A stretch of DNA of 64,000 nt from a virus. The notes beneath the pieces are model-generated. The model did not search any database and was not told where the DNA came from. It saw nothing but the letters and a program-made list of their open reading frames with translations. Location of the stretch: IMG/VR virus record IMGVR_UViG_3300025161_000006, positions 18,060 to 82,059 of that record, one strand, 5' to 3'. Shown here one piece after another: positions 9,602-20,700 of this stretch; position 1 is the stretch's first letter; every line of letters starts with the position of its first letter. Position numbers and translations under genes: made by a program.

Positions 9602-12600
9602 ATGAGTACTCCTGTTGTTAATACTTTCAGTGGCGGAATGACTAAAGACTTGTCATTTAACAAGTTTCCAAATGATAAGTATTTTGATGCTTTAAATCTT
9701 CGTGTGTTAACTGATAAAGAAGGAGGTACAATATCACTTGTTTCTGCTAAAGGTAATCAGATTGTCACATCCTTCTATGGTCAGCTATTTGGCTATTGTT
9801 CTATACGTGATAACCTGTACTTATTTTATGAAAGTGATGATATTGGATATATAGTCAAAGTAGATATGTCCAATTATCATTTCACTACTATATATTCTAG
9901 TTCTGACCTATTGGGAGGTAGTGGATATGTTAGTGCTGTTGGAGTGTATGAATCTGAGAATATACAGAAGATATATTGGTCTGATGGGAGTAATCCGTTG
10001 AGGATGATTAATGTAGTAGCGGATAACTCAGGAAAAGTGCCTGATGATTTTAATATCTTACCTGCTGCTCCTATGAAACCCCCTTATATAACAGGCATAA
10101 CTACAGGTAATCTTAAGACCTGTATGATACAGTATGCATATAGATTGTATGTAGAACATGGCCAGCAAACTGCATTTTCTCCCGTAGGAAATATTGTACA
10201 TATCACAGCAAGTCCTGATACTAATACAGAGAGCTACTATACAGGCTCAGATGTAGATACATACACAGCCAAAGGCACAGTAGTCAAAGTGTATCTATAT
10301 AGTATGCAATTCAACAGGATTGAACTTGTAGCTATCCAATATGAAAGGCAAGAAGAGACCCCTACTATTCGTATAGTTGAAGATAGAGCTATATCACCTA
10401 ATAGTTATTTGACACTTACATTTAGAGATATAGGGCAGAGCTTCGGTACATATAGTACTGAAGAATTTATGATATTAGCAGACTCTTCATTTACTTGTGG
10501 TACTTTGAAAGTAAAAGATAACATTCTTTTTGCTGCTAACATAACTAATGAATCTGAACCATCGTTTAATTTTGATGCAAGAGCGTATAGTTTTGACCAT
10601 CTTCAATATCTGTACTTATGGAGTTCTGATGGAAATGAATTAATTACAGGACATGTAGGTGGTTCTTATTATCACTATAAAAACTCTACAGGCACTCCAT
10701 TTGATAGAAGCCATACAAATTATACCCTATATGCTACCTACACATCTCTATCACAAATACCTGCAAACTTTGATTGTGTAAACACATTTAACAATATTAC
10801 CAGAGATAGTATAGATGCTACATGGTCTCAGTTTCAAATGGATGGCACTACCTTTGGAGCTGAAGGGCCTAACATTAAAATTAGTATAGATGTTAACTCC
10901 AAACCCATAGGTAATTACGATAGCACATCTAAGGTGATATCTCCTGTAGATTCAGATACATCATTTAGGCAAAGCTATGCTAATCCACTCTGGCAGTCTT
11001 ACAGGTCATTTCAACCAGGAGAGATATACAGGCTTGGACTGGTAATATACAGCAATAATAGACCATCTCCTGTCAAGTGGATTTGTGATATAAGAATACC
11101 CGAAGAATCACAAATAGGTCCACTATTTACAGTAAGTAATGGTATTATCTATGCTAAGGTAGTATCTATGGGTGTATTTCTCAGAAACTTACCACTAGGA
11201 GGTTCTGCAGCACAGGTTGTTATGGTAAAGAGAGATATACAGAATTCTACTATACTTGCTATGGGTGCTATGTATCCTACACTGATAAGAAATGATATAC
11301 CAGGTGCAGCTAATAAAGTGCAGTATGCACCTATGATTACAATGCCTACCAATGTAAGTACATCTATTGTTAAGTTTGTTGCTCCAGAGATAGTGTATGG
11401 AACATTCACTCCAGCTAATGGAGACTTCTTCAGATTTAAATCATATTTTAGTGGACATCAGTACTATACAATCACTTATGATTCTACACTACGTGGTTAC
11501 TTAATACGAAATGGTGCTACAAGTATACTTAATCAATCTTATCGTATTGATATAACTCCTACTGCACTTACCTTTATGACTCAACCTGAGTCTGGTGATT
11601 ATACATCATATAATGTAGGTAGTGGTATTACTAATCTTGGTGTAATGGATACAGGTTCTGCGAGAACTCTTGCAGGCAGTGGTATAGCTGCTGCTTTATC
11701 ATCAGCTGATGATAGTGCTCTTAGAACATTATGTAATGCTATTAATGACTATACAAATGTTTTATTTTGCTCTTACAGAAGGCCACTGACTAATCAATAT
11801 GGTGGTAACTCTTATACAGCACGTCAGTTTAATATATATACTCCTGTACCTTTCACAGGCATTGCTATAAACCTTGCTTTCTGGGGTATATCAGACCCAG
11901 CTCCGCAGTATAACACTACAAGTGCTTATACACAGTCTGGATTTATAACTATATATGGAGATACTTTTGCTGGTATGTTTGACTATCTGAATGGTTCATA
12001 TGATACTAGTCTATCTGTAAGCAATAGAATCATGTATGTTCATCTATTTCCTACATATAGCAGAATAAATCTGGCTCTTACCTCAGGAGATATATTTACA
12101 AGGTCAACAGACCCACTTGCTTATGCAGTGAAAGAAAAAGCAGGAGCTCAGGATGCTGGTGGTGATTTAATCTACACACAGAATAGAGATTACTATGTAT
12201 ATAATACAGTATTCTCTCAGATGCCTTCTTACCCTTATTTCTTCCCACAGCGAGATATTAGTAAGAGCTATAGATATGATTCAAGGATTAAGTTCTCACT
12301 TAAGAAGGTTGCAGGAGAACTAAAGGATTCATGGTGTAACTTTAGACCAGGTAATTACAAGGACCTTGATTCTATGTATGGTGCTATTAATGCTATGCTA
12401 ATATTCAAGGGAAGATTAATAATCTTTCAGACTAGTGCTGTAGCTACAGGTGCTGTTGATGATAGGCAAATGGTATCTCAAGATTCAACATTTGGGTCTG
12501 TAACAATAGGTGTTGCACAGCCATTACAATGGATAAACTATATAACTACAGAGTATGGATGCAAGCATCCTTATCAGGCAATAGCTACAGATAATGCTAT

Positions 12601-13360
12601 ATACTGGATAGATAAAAGAACAAAAGAGTTATTAACACTTGCTGGAGATACAGGAGTATTATCACTGTCTAAATCTCTGGGTATGCAGAGCTGGTTTGAA
12701 AGTATAAATCCAGATTATACTATGTTAGCATATGACAAGAAGCTTAAGGAAGTGTATATATTCGATAATAATGTAATTACTCCAACTACTGCAAAATCTT
12801 TAGTATTCTCTGAGTATATAAAGGCTTTCTCAGGATTCTTAACTATGTACACAAGTACCTTGTTTATACAACATCAGGAAAGATTGCTCTCTACAATTCA
12901 GTATAATATGTGTAATGGGCGTTCTGGTGCTCCTGATGAGCAGATTGGGTTGATATCCTGGAATACAGGCAGCTATCATAGTTTCTATGATTATATCAGA
13001 CCTGCAACACTTGACATAATACTATGTCCTGCTAATACTAACTCATTTAGGATGGATGTCACAGAGTTCTCTACTGAAGTACTTAATGACAGCTCTGTTC
13101 CCTATCATAATATGACATGGACTACTATGAATGTGACTAACTCCTATCAGAATACAGGTACAATAACATTTGTGCCTGAGAACAACATTATCAAGAGATT
13201 TAAACTATGGAGATTTAATATGTTCAGAGATGCAACTACAGACTCTCCAAGCATTAAAGATAGCTATGGCAGGATGCATCTTGAATTTACCCCTCCAGAT
13301 GTTGGATGGTCTATTAAGTGTAATGATATACAATCATTAGTAACATTAAGAAGACAATAA
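9602..13360 (+). CDS. Tail stabilization / muzzle protein (P22 gp10-like)
   Basis: 1252 aa. N-terminal NTFSGGMTKD...YFDALNLR, KIYWSDG, QYGGNSY and YGAIN motifs of the crAss stabilization family. Confidence 0.8.
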   Translation: MSTPVVNTFSGGMTKDLSFNKFPNDKYFDALNLRVLTDKEGGTISLVSAKGNQIVTSFYGQLFGYCSIRDNLYLFYESDDIGYIVKVDMSNYHFTTIYSSSDLLGGSGYVSAVGVYESENIQKIYWSDGSNPLRMINVVADNSGKVPDDFNILPAAPMKPPYITGITTGNLKTCMIQYAYRLYVEHGQQTAFSPVGNIVHITASPDTNTESYYTGSDVDTYTAKGTVVKVYLYSMQFNRIELVAIQYERQEETPTIRIVEDRAISPNSYLTLTFRDIGQSFGTYSTEEFMILADSSFTCGTLKVKDNILFAANITNESEPSFNFDARAYSFDHLQYLYLWSSDGNELITGHVGGSYYHYKNSTGTPFDRSHTNYTLYATYTSLSQIPANFDCVNTFNNITRDSIDATWSQFQMDGTTFGAEGPNIKISIDVNSKPIGNYDSTSKVISPVDSDTSFRQSYANPLWQSYRSFQPGEIYRLGLVIYSNNRPSPVKWICDIRIPEESQIGPLFTVSNGIIYAKVVSMGVFLRNLPLGGSAAQVVMVKRDIQNSTILAMGAMYPTLIRNDIPGAANKVQYAPMITMPTNVSTSIVKFVAPEIVYGTFTPANGDFFRFKSYFSGHQYYTITYDSTLRGYLIRNGATSILNQSYRIDITPTALTFMTQPESGDYTSYNVGSGITNLGVMDTGSARTLAGSGIAAALSSADDSALRTLCNAINDYTNVLFCSYRRPLTNQYGGNSYTARQFNIYTPVPFTGIAINLAFWGISDPAPQYNTTSAYTQSGFITIYGDTFAGMFDYLNGSYDTSLSVSNRIMYVHLFPTYSRINLALTSGDIFTRSTDPLAYAVKEKAGAQDAGGDLIYTQNRDYYVYNTVFSQMPSYPYFFPQRDISKSYRYDSRIKFSLKKVAGELKDSWCNFRPGNYKDLDSMYGAINAMLIFKGRLIIFQTSAVATGAVDDRQMVSQDSTFGSVTIGVAQPLQWINYITTEYGCKHPYQAIATDNAIYWIDKRTKELLTLAGDTGVLSLSKSLGMQSWFESINPDYTMLAYDKKLKEVYIFDNNVITPTTAKSLVFSEYIKAFSGFLTMYTSTLFIQHQERLLSTIQYNMCNGRSGAPDEQIGLISWNTGSYHSFYDYIRPATLDIILCPANTNSFRMDVTEFSTEVLNDSSVPYHNMTWTTMNVTNSYQNTGTITFVPENNIIKRFKLWRFNMFRDATTDSPSIKDSYGRMHLEFTPPDVGWSIKCNDIQSLVTLRRQ

Positions 13361-13373
13361 GGAAAAATTTTAT

Positions 13374-13381
13374 TAATTTTG
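13374..13381 (+). promoter_or_regulatory. Bacteroidota -7 promoter element TAATTTTG
   Basis: TAnnTTTG match in the 37-nt gap, 16 nt before the ATG at 13398. Confidence 0.5.
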
Positions 13382-13397
13382 ACAAAACTTTCATATT

Positions 13398-15809
13398 ATG
13401 GCTACTCCAAAACTTATTCAATATAAAGGTCAGACACATGATGGTCCTGATGGAGGAATACCTGTTGATTCATATGGTAATCCCGCCGCTGTAACAAATA
13501 ATTCCGTGGCTGCACAGGTTGAACAACCTGAAGTAGGGTATAAGAAACCTGATGGCTCTACCTATGTATTCTCTGATAAGCTCAAAATGCCCGGTACTAG
13601 TAAGAGCTTTGCAGATATTGCTAATAACATAAAGAGTAAATATAAGCTCAGACTTGGTAAGAACCAGGAAAGATTTAATGCTATTGACTCTGCAGCTATG
13701 CAGAAACAACTTGATGAGCTTGCCCTGATACAAGAAACAGTTAAAGGTAATACTACCCTTGTTAATGATTATCAAGGTAATACAGCTAATCAGGCCATGC
13801 AGCAGCCTTCTCAAGAAGATATAGCAGCTACTCAAATGCAGGGTGCTATGCCTGAACAATATGACCTGGGTGGGTGGTTTAAGGACCATAAAGCAGGCAT
13901 ACTTGGTGGATTAGCCACTCTTGGTGGTGTAGCTGCAATGTTTGTACCTGGAGGGCAGCTTATTGCTCCTACCCTTATTAGTGGTGGACTTGGTGGTATA
14001 ACTGCAGATGTACAGGGTTCTACAAATAGAGCAATTACTGAAGAACAAGCTAAGAATCAAGAAATTCAAAATAGAATGTCTATGATTGACAAGAGAATAC
14101 AAACACAGGCAGCTCCTGTGTATAATCCTATTATGGCTCTTGGTGGAGACCTGGCTGAGTTTGATACAGAAGAAGATGCTATCAAGCATGGATATATACC
14201 CTGGGGTAAAACTGGTATTTATATTAAGCCTTCACGTAGAGGTACATTCACTGCTGCAGCAAAAAGAGCTGGCATGGGTGTGCAGGCTTTTGCAAGGCAT
14301 GTACTTGCTAATAAGGATAGATATTCTTCAGCTATGGTGAAGAAGGCTAACTTTGCACGTAATGCAGCTAAGTGGAAACATGAGTTAGGAGGTCCAATAC
14401 AGGCTAGTGGTATTATGCAACATCTTGCTGACGGTGGTAAGATAGCTACAGTAGGTGGAAAGGAGGAGCCTGGTAAACTTCCTAAATATACAGACTTAGT
14501 TAAGCTATATGGTCCTAACCTTGAGAGAATGCCTGAGAATGAAAAAGAAGAATATGTCAGGATGTTAGGTAGTATAGTTGGTACTCAAGATAGTGACACA
14601 CACATGTCTCTTCCAATACGTGAAGGTACTACTAATGTGCTGTTTACTGAACAACGAGCTACCCAACCATATACACAAGCTCCTACTGCTGGGTTAGACC
14701 TGATAGGTATTGACCCAAATACAGGCAAAGCTATTACAACTGCAAGGCAAGCTCCTGTTGCAACACAAGAATATGCTAATGCTCTGTACGAAATGGTAAC
14801 AGCAGGTATACTTCCTATAGAGTATATTGCTTCTCCAGAGAAGCGCTATGCTGTTGATAAATATCTTGCTCGTAATAATATGAATGTTGATGAAGCTGGT
14901 AATGTTACTTATGGTCCTGATGATAAGGGTACTTACACAAATACATTAAGATATGTAATGTCATTTCCACAGAACCTTGCTACTTTAAGAAAATATGTAG
15001 AAGCTACAGGTGAAGGATATGACTTGCTGAGAGACCTGGAAAGTAGAACACGTGCTGCTGATGAGGCCAATAAGGCAAGGAATTATATTGAAACTGACAG
15101 GATATTGAATAATTATCCTATACCATTTTATAGTAAAGGAGGTAAAATACCCAAGCTTGAGCCTGAAGATGCATCTACAAGTTCTACAATTCCTACTGAT
15201 ATAGCTCATGCATGGACTAATCCCTGGCCTACTATAGCAGCTTCAGCATTAAACTTTGGATTAGCACTTGCCTCTCCCTCTGTGAGAGGGGCTGGTAGGA
15301 TACCTTATAGAAGGTATGCTCCTGCTGAAGTAAACCTTGGCAATCTCAAGAGAGATATTATTAGCTCAGGTAATGATGCAGCAAGAGCAGCACAGCTCTC
15401 TTATGCAGGACTTGACCCGGCTCTTCAGACAGCTGCAACTATAGCAGCTAATGAAGCTGCACGTAGAGCTACTATTAGTGGATTAACACAAGCAGCTACT
15501 CAGGAAGGAATATTTAATGCCCAGGCAAGAAATGCTGCAGCTCAGTTCAATACACAGCTTGCTGCACAGACAGACTTGTATAATGAGATGTTGAAAAAGC
15601 AAGCACTTGAGCAGAAGTATGGCTTATATAGTAAAGCTGCTCAACCATGGATGCAGAGAGCTCAAGATTTGGCTCTTATGGAGAATGATATTATTGCCGC
15701 TAACATGAGGGCACCAGACTATTATATGGCTGAGCAAGATGCTGGCAATGGACCTTTGTATAGAATGTTCCATAGACCTGTGTACTATAGAAAGTATAAA
15801 GGCAATTAA
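13398..15809 (+). CDS. Virion cargo/ejection protein
   Basis: 803 aa. GQTHDGPDGGIP N-terminal motif, Gly-rich hydrophobic hairpin, GIYIKP...ANFARNAAKWKH module and Ala/Gln-rich coiled C-terminus. Confidence 0.7.
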   Translation: MATPKLIQYKGQTHDGPDGGIPVDSYGNPAAVTNNSVAAQVEQPEVGYKKPDGSTYVFSDKLKMPGTSKSFADIANNIKSKYKLRLGKNQERFNAIDSAAMQKQLDELALIQETVKGNTTLVNDYQGNTANQAMQQPSQEDIAATQMQGAMPEQYDLGGWFKDHKAGILGGLATLGGVAAMFVPGGQLIAPTLISGGLGGITADVQGSTNRAITEEQAKNQEIQNRMSMIDKRIQTQAAPVYNPIMALGGDLAEFDTEEDAIKHGYIPWGKTGIYIKPSRRGTFTAAAKRAGMGVQAFARHVLANKDRYSSAMVKKANFARNAAKWKHELGGPIQASGIMQHLADGGKIATVGGKEEPGKLPKYTDLVKLYGPNLERMPENEKEEYVRMLGSIVGTQDSDTHMSLPIREGTTNVLFTEQRATQPYTQAPTAGLDLIGIDPNTGKAITTARQAPVATQEYANALYEMVTAGILPIEYIASPEKRYAVDKYLARNNMNVDEAGNVTYGPDDKGTYTNTLRYVMSFPQNLATLRKYVEATGEGYDLLRDLESRTRAADEANKARNYIETDRILNNYPIPFYSKGGKIPKLEPEDASTSSTIPTDIAHAWTNPWPTIAASALNFGLALASPSVRGAGRIPYRRYAPAEVNLGNLKRDIISSGNDAARAAQLSYAGLDPALQTAATIAANEAARRATISGLTQAATQEGIFNAQARNAAAQFNTQLAAQTDLYNEMLKKQALEQKYGLYSKAAQPWMQRAQDLALMENDIIAANMRAPDYYMAEQDAGNGPLYRMFHRPVYYRKYKGN

Positions 15810-15822
15810 TATACTATAACAT

Positions 15823-17757
15823 ATGAGAGGATATAATCCATACTTACTTAACCGGGGGTATTCAAATCAAGCTTCTGCAGATGTAGGTGTAGAAGTGCCT
15901 GCGCTCTATAACCCTGCTTTTGGTGATAAGATTACTGAGGCTATAGCTTACAATCAGGAGCGTGCTGATAAAATAAATCAGGCTATTGCTGAGATGAAAG
16001 CTAAACAAGCTCAGGAAGTAGCAGTGTCACAATTAGATGAAGCAGTAAGGCAAAAAGCTATTGATGATATTAATCAGCAATACAATGCCCTCATGGAGAA
16101 GCATGCTAATGACCCTTCAGCTGCTTATACTGACCTTGTTAAGTTAGTGGGTAATGCATGGAACAGTCCTTTCTGGATGGCTAACAGATATAAAGCTAAG
16201 CAACTTGAGACAGAGCAATCTCTGGCACAGCAAGGATATTTGGTCTTTAAGTCTATTAAAGATATACCTATTGCTGACCCAACCACAGGCAGGATAAAAT
16301 CATTTGAAGAGTTAACTCCTCATATTGAAAAAGCTAATGACTGGGCTGCCAGGCAAACTCAGATTGTGGATGATGTGCTAAAGACTGAAAGTTTTGATGG
16401 TCCTCTACCAACTCCTGAGGAGATACAAAAACAAATTAAGGCTGGAGTACCGTGGGTAAGTATACTCAAGACATCTGGTATATTCACTTCACAGGTAGCT
16501 AAGAAGTTGGAAGGTATGATAAAAGAATATAAGGCAACAGCTCCTGAACACTATGACCAGCAAAAGCGTTGGTACATGAAAGAGTATAAGGAGTTACATC
16601 CTGATGCTTCAGATAATGAAGCTGCAGATGCTGCAGATGATAGGATATCTAAAGAAGTTGCTGTTAAAGCAATGAATAGGGTATGGACAGCTACAGATAG
16701 GCAGGTACTTACTATACCAAGTGGATTTGGTTCTACTAATAATGAGCCATATAAGCCACCTCTTGTACCAGGGCCAACAGTAGTTCTGAACTACCCACTC
16801 TCTTCATTATCCAAGGCGACTGCTTTGAAAGATGCAGTTAAAGTAGCAAAAGGTGATGATATAGAAACTAAAGAAGCTGCACGTCATGTCATTGGACTTA
16901 CTCTTGCAGACCTTAAAGACGATGCTGATGTTAAACCATTCATTGCCTATGATAGTAAAGGTAATATAGATACTGATAAAACACTGTATAACTTATATGG
17001 CTCGGCAGCATCTCAATTTGAACCTAACACTAAGAGTCAGGAAGGTGAAATAAAATTAACAGAGGCAACTACTGGCCCAGCTGCTGTGGAAGGACTACCC
17101 TCACAAGAAACAAAGAAGGCAATAAAGAAAATAGATGATGCACTTACACAAAAAGCACAGTTTTTCAAGCGTCCTATGAATTTCCAGGTATATATGTTAC
17201 ATCCTGCCATATCAGATAATGCAAATAACATTATTAACACTTATGTCAGAAACTCAATAGATACTCATAAGGTAGAAATAGTTGGTACTGCTGATAAAGA
17301 TTCAGAAAAGCTTATGAATCCCAAGAATAGAGAAAAGCTGCTCGTACTGGGTACTAAAGATAAGCCAACTGCTGAAGATTTAGGTAATGCACGTATAGTA
17401 GGATTTACTGGAGACTACTCAACAGGTATAATCTATTATGCTAAGACAGATAATAATACTTACTTGTTAAGAACCCCAGATGCAGCTATTAATGGTGTAT
17501 CAGCTAATATGCTTGGAGATGAAGCTAGTACAATATATCTTGCAAACCGTGCATATGAGCAGTTGAAAACAAATGCAAAAGACCCACAAGCTAAATATTT
17601 AAGCGTAGATGCTCTCTTTGGTGATGAACATTCAAAGAATGCTCTTAACATATTACTTGCACAGACAGGTGTTAAGCTCGATGCTAATGATAATGCAGAG
17701 ACTTTATTCGGAAAGATTAAAGGTGTTGAAGTAGTAAATGCATTTAATACAAAATAA
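15823..17757 (+). CDS. Virion cargo/ejection protein
   Basis: 644 aa, helical N-half, lies between cargo genes. Confidence 0.6.
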   Translation: MRGYNPYLLNRGYSNQASADVGVEVPALYNPAFGDKITEAIAYNQERADKINQAIAEMKAKQAQEVAVSQLDEAVRQKAIDDINQQYNALMEKHANDPSAAYTDLVKLVGNAWNSPFWMANRYKAKQLETEQSLAQQGYLVFKSIKDIPIADPTTGRIKSFEELTPHIEKANDWAARQTQIVDDVLKTESFDGPLPTPEEIQKQIKAGVPWVSILKTSGIFTSQVAKKLEGMIKEYKATAPEHYDQQKRWYMKEYKELHPDASDNEAADAADDRISKEVAVKAMNRVWTATDRQVLTIPSGFGSTNNEPYKPPLVPGPTVVLNYPLSSLSKATALKDAVKVAKGDDIETKEAARHVIGLTLADLKDDADVKPFIAYDSKGNIDTDKTLYNLYGSAASQFEPNTKSQEGEIKLTEATTGPAAVEGLPSQETKKAIKKIDDALTQKAQFFKRPMNFQVYMLHPAISDNANNIINTYVRNSIDTHKVEIVGTADKDSEKLMNPKNREKLLVLGTKDKPTAEDLGNARIVGFTGDYSTGIIYYAKTDNNTYLLRTPDAAINGVSANMLGDEASTIYLANRAYEQLKTNAKDPQAKYLSVDALFGDEHSKNALNILLAQTGVKLDANDNAETLFGKIKGVEVVNAFNTK

Positions 17758-17764
17758 TTCTACT

Positions 17765-20700
17765 ATGAGAAAATTTTCTATTGACAAGAATGTTTTAACT
17801 GAAAATTATGCTAACCCCACTTCTATTACACCCGAAGAAGCTGCTAAACAACCTATACTAAGTACACCTGGCCAAATAGGTTATACTTATGAGCAACTAA
17901 AAAGGTATATACCAGGACTTGTATCTCCCTATGATTTTCAAGAACAGCTTGGTGTTTATCAGCCAGCATCAAGTAAAGTACTCAATGGTCTTGGTAAGAT
18001 GGGTATTACAGCTGCAGCTACCTTCAGTGATGCTTTTATTGGCACTGCAGTAGGACTTGTCAATATGATTGGTGGTGGTAGCTTTACAGATAATCCTTAT
18101 AGTAGAGCTGTTAATGACCTTCTCGCTAAATCAGAAGAGTGGCTTCCTAACTATAGAACACATGCAGAAGAGAATATGAACTTATTACAGAAGTTAGGTA
18201 CTGCTAACTTCTGGGCTGATTCTATCATTAAGAACACAGGCTTTGCACTTGGTATGCTTGGTGCTGCTATGGTAGGTAATGAACTTGCCTTCTCCAAGAT
18301 ATTTGGTGCATCCAAGTTAGAAGGTCAGATAATGAGAGCTCTTGGTGCTTATGGCGATGATGCTGTCAAAGGCATTAAGGCTCTTGATGGTACTATACTT
18401 CAATCATCAGATGACGTACTGAAAGCACTGTATACAAATAATCTTGACCTTGCTAATCTGTCCAATGAGGTTATCCAGAATGCTAAAATGCTCAAGATAA
18501 AGAGTGGACTTCAGGCAGTTACATCGGCAGCCTGGGGTGCTCAAGGTGAAGCAAGGTTTGAAAGTATTAATACACGAGATGAAACATATCAAAATTTAAT
18601 AAGAGATGAGCTAATAAAGACGCAGCAGCAAAATCCTTATAGGCTTATCACTGAAAATGATATTCCTGAAGAGAGAAAGCAGGAGTTTAAAAAGCAAGCT
18701 GCTGCTGCAGGTAATATTGACTTCGCCTTAAACATGCCACTGCTTACTGCTGGTGAGCTTATACAGTTTAGTAAGGTTCTTGGCAGAGGATATAAGTTCG
18801 AGAAGAGAGCTTTTAACCTGCTGCAAGATAAAGTAGCTCTTGATGAGACAGGTAAGATGGTTATCCAGGCACCTAAGGGATTCTGGCAAAAGGCTGCACG
18901 TGCTGCACTTGTTACAGGTAAGGTGCTTGAAAGGCCCTATCTTGAAGGTCAGGAAGAGCAGCTTCAGTTTGCTATACAGGAAGGTTCAGAAGATTATGTA
19001 GCAAGAAGGAATGACCCTAACAGTCAAGGGTGGTTAACAGATGGATTTAAAGCTACAGTTGAAGGGTTATCTAAAGCCTATGGTACTCAGGAGGGGTGGG
19101 AGAACTTCCTCGCCGGATTTATCACCTCTATGATACCTATGCCTACCTTTGGAGCTAAAGGAGCTCCTAAGTTTATGTCTCCTATGGTAGAAAGCATCAA
19201 GGAGTTAAAGGAAGGTAGAGCTGCTGTACAGTCTGCTGTTAATTCCTTTAATAAGATGTACAACACTTATGAACCTCTTATTAAAGGTATTACAGCAATA
19301 CGTAGTTATGAACAAGATAAGTCCAAAGCTTTAGAGAATGATGATGTATTCTCATATGAATCAGCTAACTCAATGCAGCTTACAGAGCTTGTAATGGCAC
19401 TGCATGAGCTTGGTAGGCTTGACATATTAAAAGAGAAGATTGCACAAGCACGTGAGCTAAGTGGTGATGATATTATTAAGATGCTCACTATAACCAAGGA
19501 TGCGCAAGGCAATCCTCTTCCTCAGGAAAAGTGGATTAATCCTTATGAAAATACAGACCCTGATGAAGTTAAGCAGATATACAATCAAAGACTTGATAAG
19601 CTACAAGCTCAGATAGATGCTATTGCTAAGATTAAGGAAGGAGTAGAAACACAATTTGGTAAATATACCAGCGCTGAAGGTAGGGTGGCGCTCATTCATG
19701 ACCTTGCCTATGCTGAGAACCTTGACAGTAGAATAAAGAGTATGTCTGCTGACCTTCAGAGGCTTGGTGTTGTAGATAGTGAAAAGCTTGCTGCACTACT
19801 TGAAGAAAGAGCTAAGCTTGGCCTGGATATTGCAGGTGCTACTACACGTGCTGACATATCTAAACTGGATGAGCTTAACAAGAAGATAATTGATGGTATT
19901 GTAGCCTTTGAAGGTGAGAATGCAAGACCAGAGCTTGAGGCTATGGCTAAAGCAAATCCTCAAGCTCTCATTGAAAGAGCAAGAGCTTCTATTCAGGAAG
20001 AACCTACACGTAGAGCTGGTCTTAGATTGATACATACCTCTATACTTGAGAAAACAAATACCAAGAGAGAAGAAATAGTAAAAGAAAAAGCAGCTCTTAA
20101 TGAGAATAAAGAAATAGCTGAAGAAGAAAAGACTGCTAAGAATGCAGAGCTTGACAAGCAACTTGAGATATATGATAAGGTACTTAAGACTAGTCAGGAT
20201 AGACTTAGTGAACTTCTTGGTAATAACTATGATTGGATAGCAGATGAACTTAAAGCTCTTGAAGAAGAAAATGCCAGATACACTAAAGCTAAGGAAGAAC
20301 TTGATGCACTTGTAAAGCAACAGAATGCTCTTGTAGAGAAGATTGCAGAAGTACAGACAAATAAACTTGCTACTCTTGGTCCTGTATATGGACTATCTAA
20401 AGAAGAGTATATCAACAGATTAGTTGCTCTGCATGATGCTCAGGAGCAGCTTAATGCCAATGTAGCTGCCAGGATGAAAGAAGCTCCTCATCTTTCTGAG
20501 GATATATTCAAGCTTGTTACTGATATAAGTAGAGCCCAGAATGCTAAGCTCAGGGCACTTAACAATTATATGAACAATGTTAAAGCTATACATGATAACC
20601 CTGAAGCTTTTCAGAAGAGATTAGATAAGTTATTTGACCATCTTAACAACAGAGCTGTAGAGTCAAGAATTGCCACTCTTAAGGAAGCTACAGACCTTGC

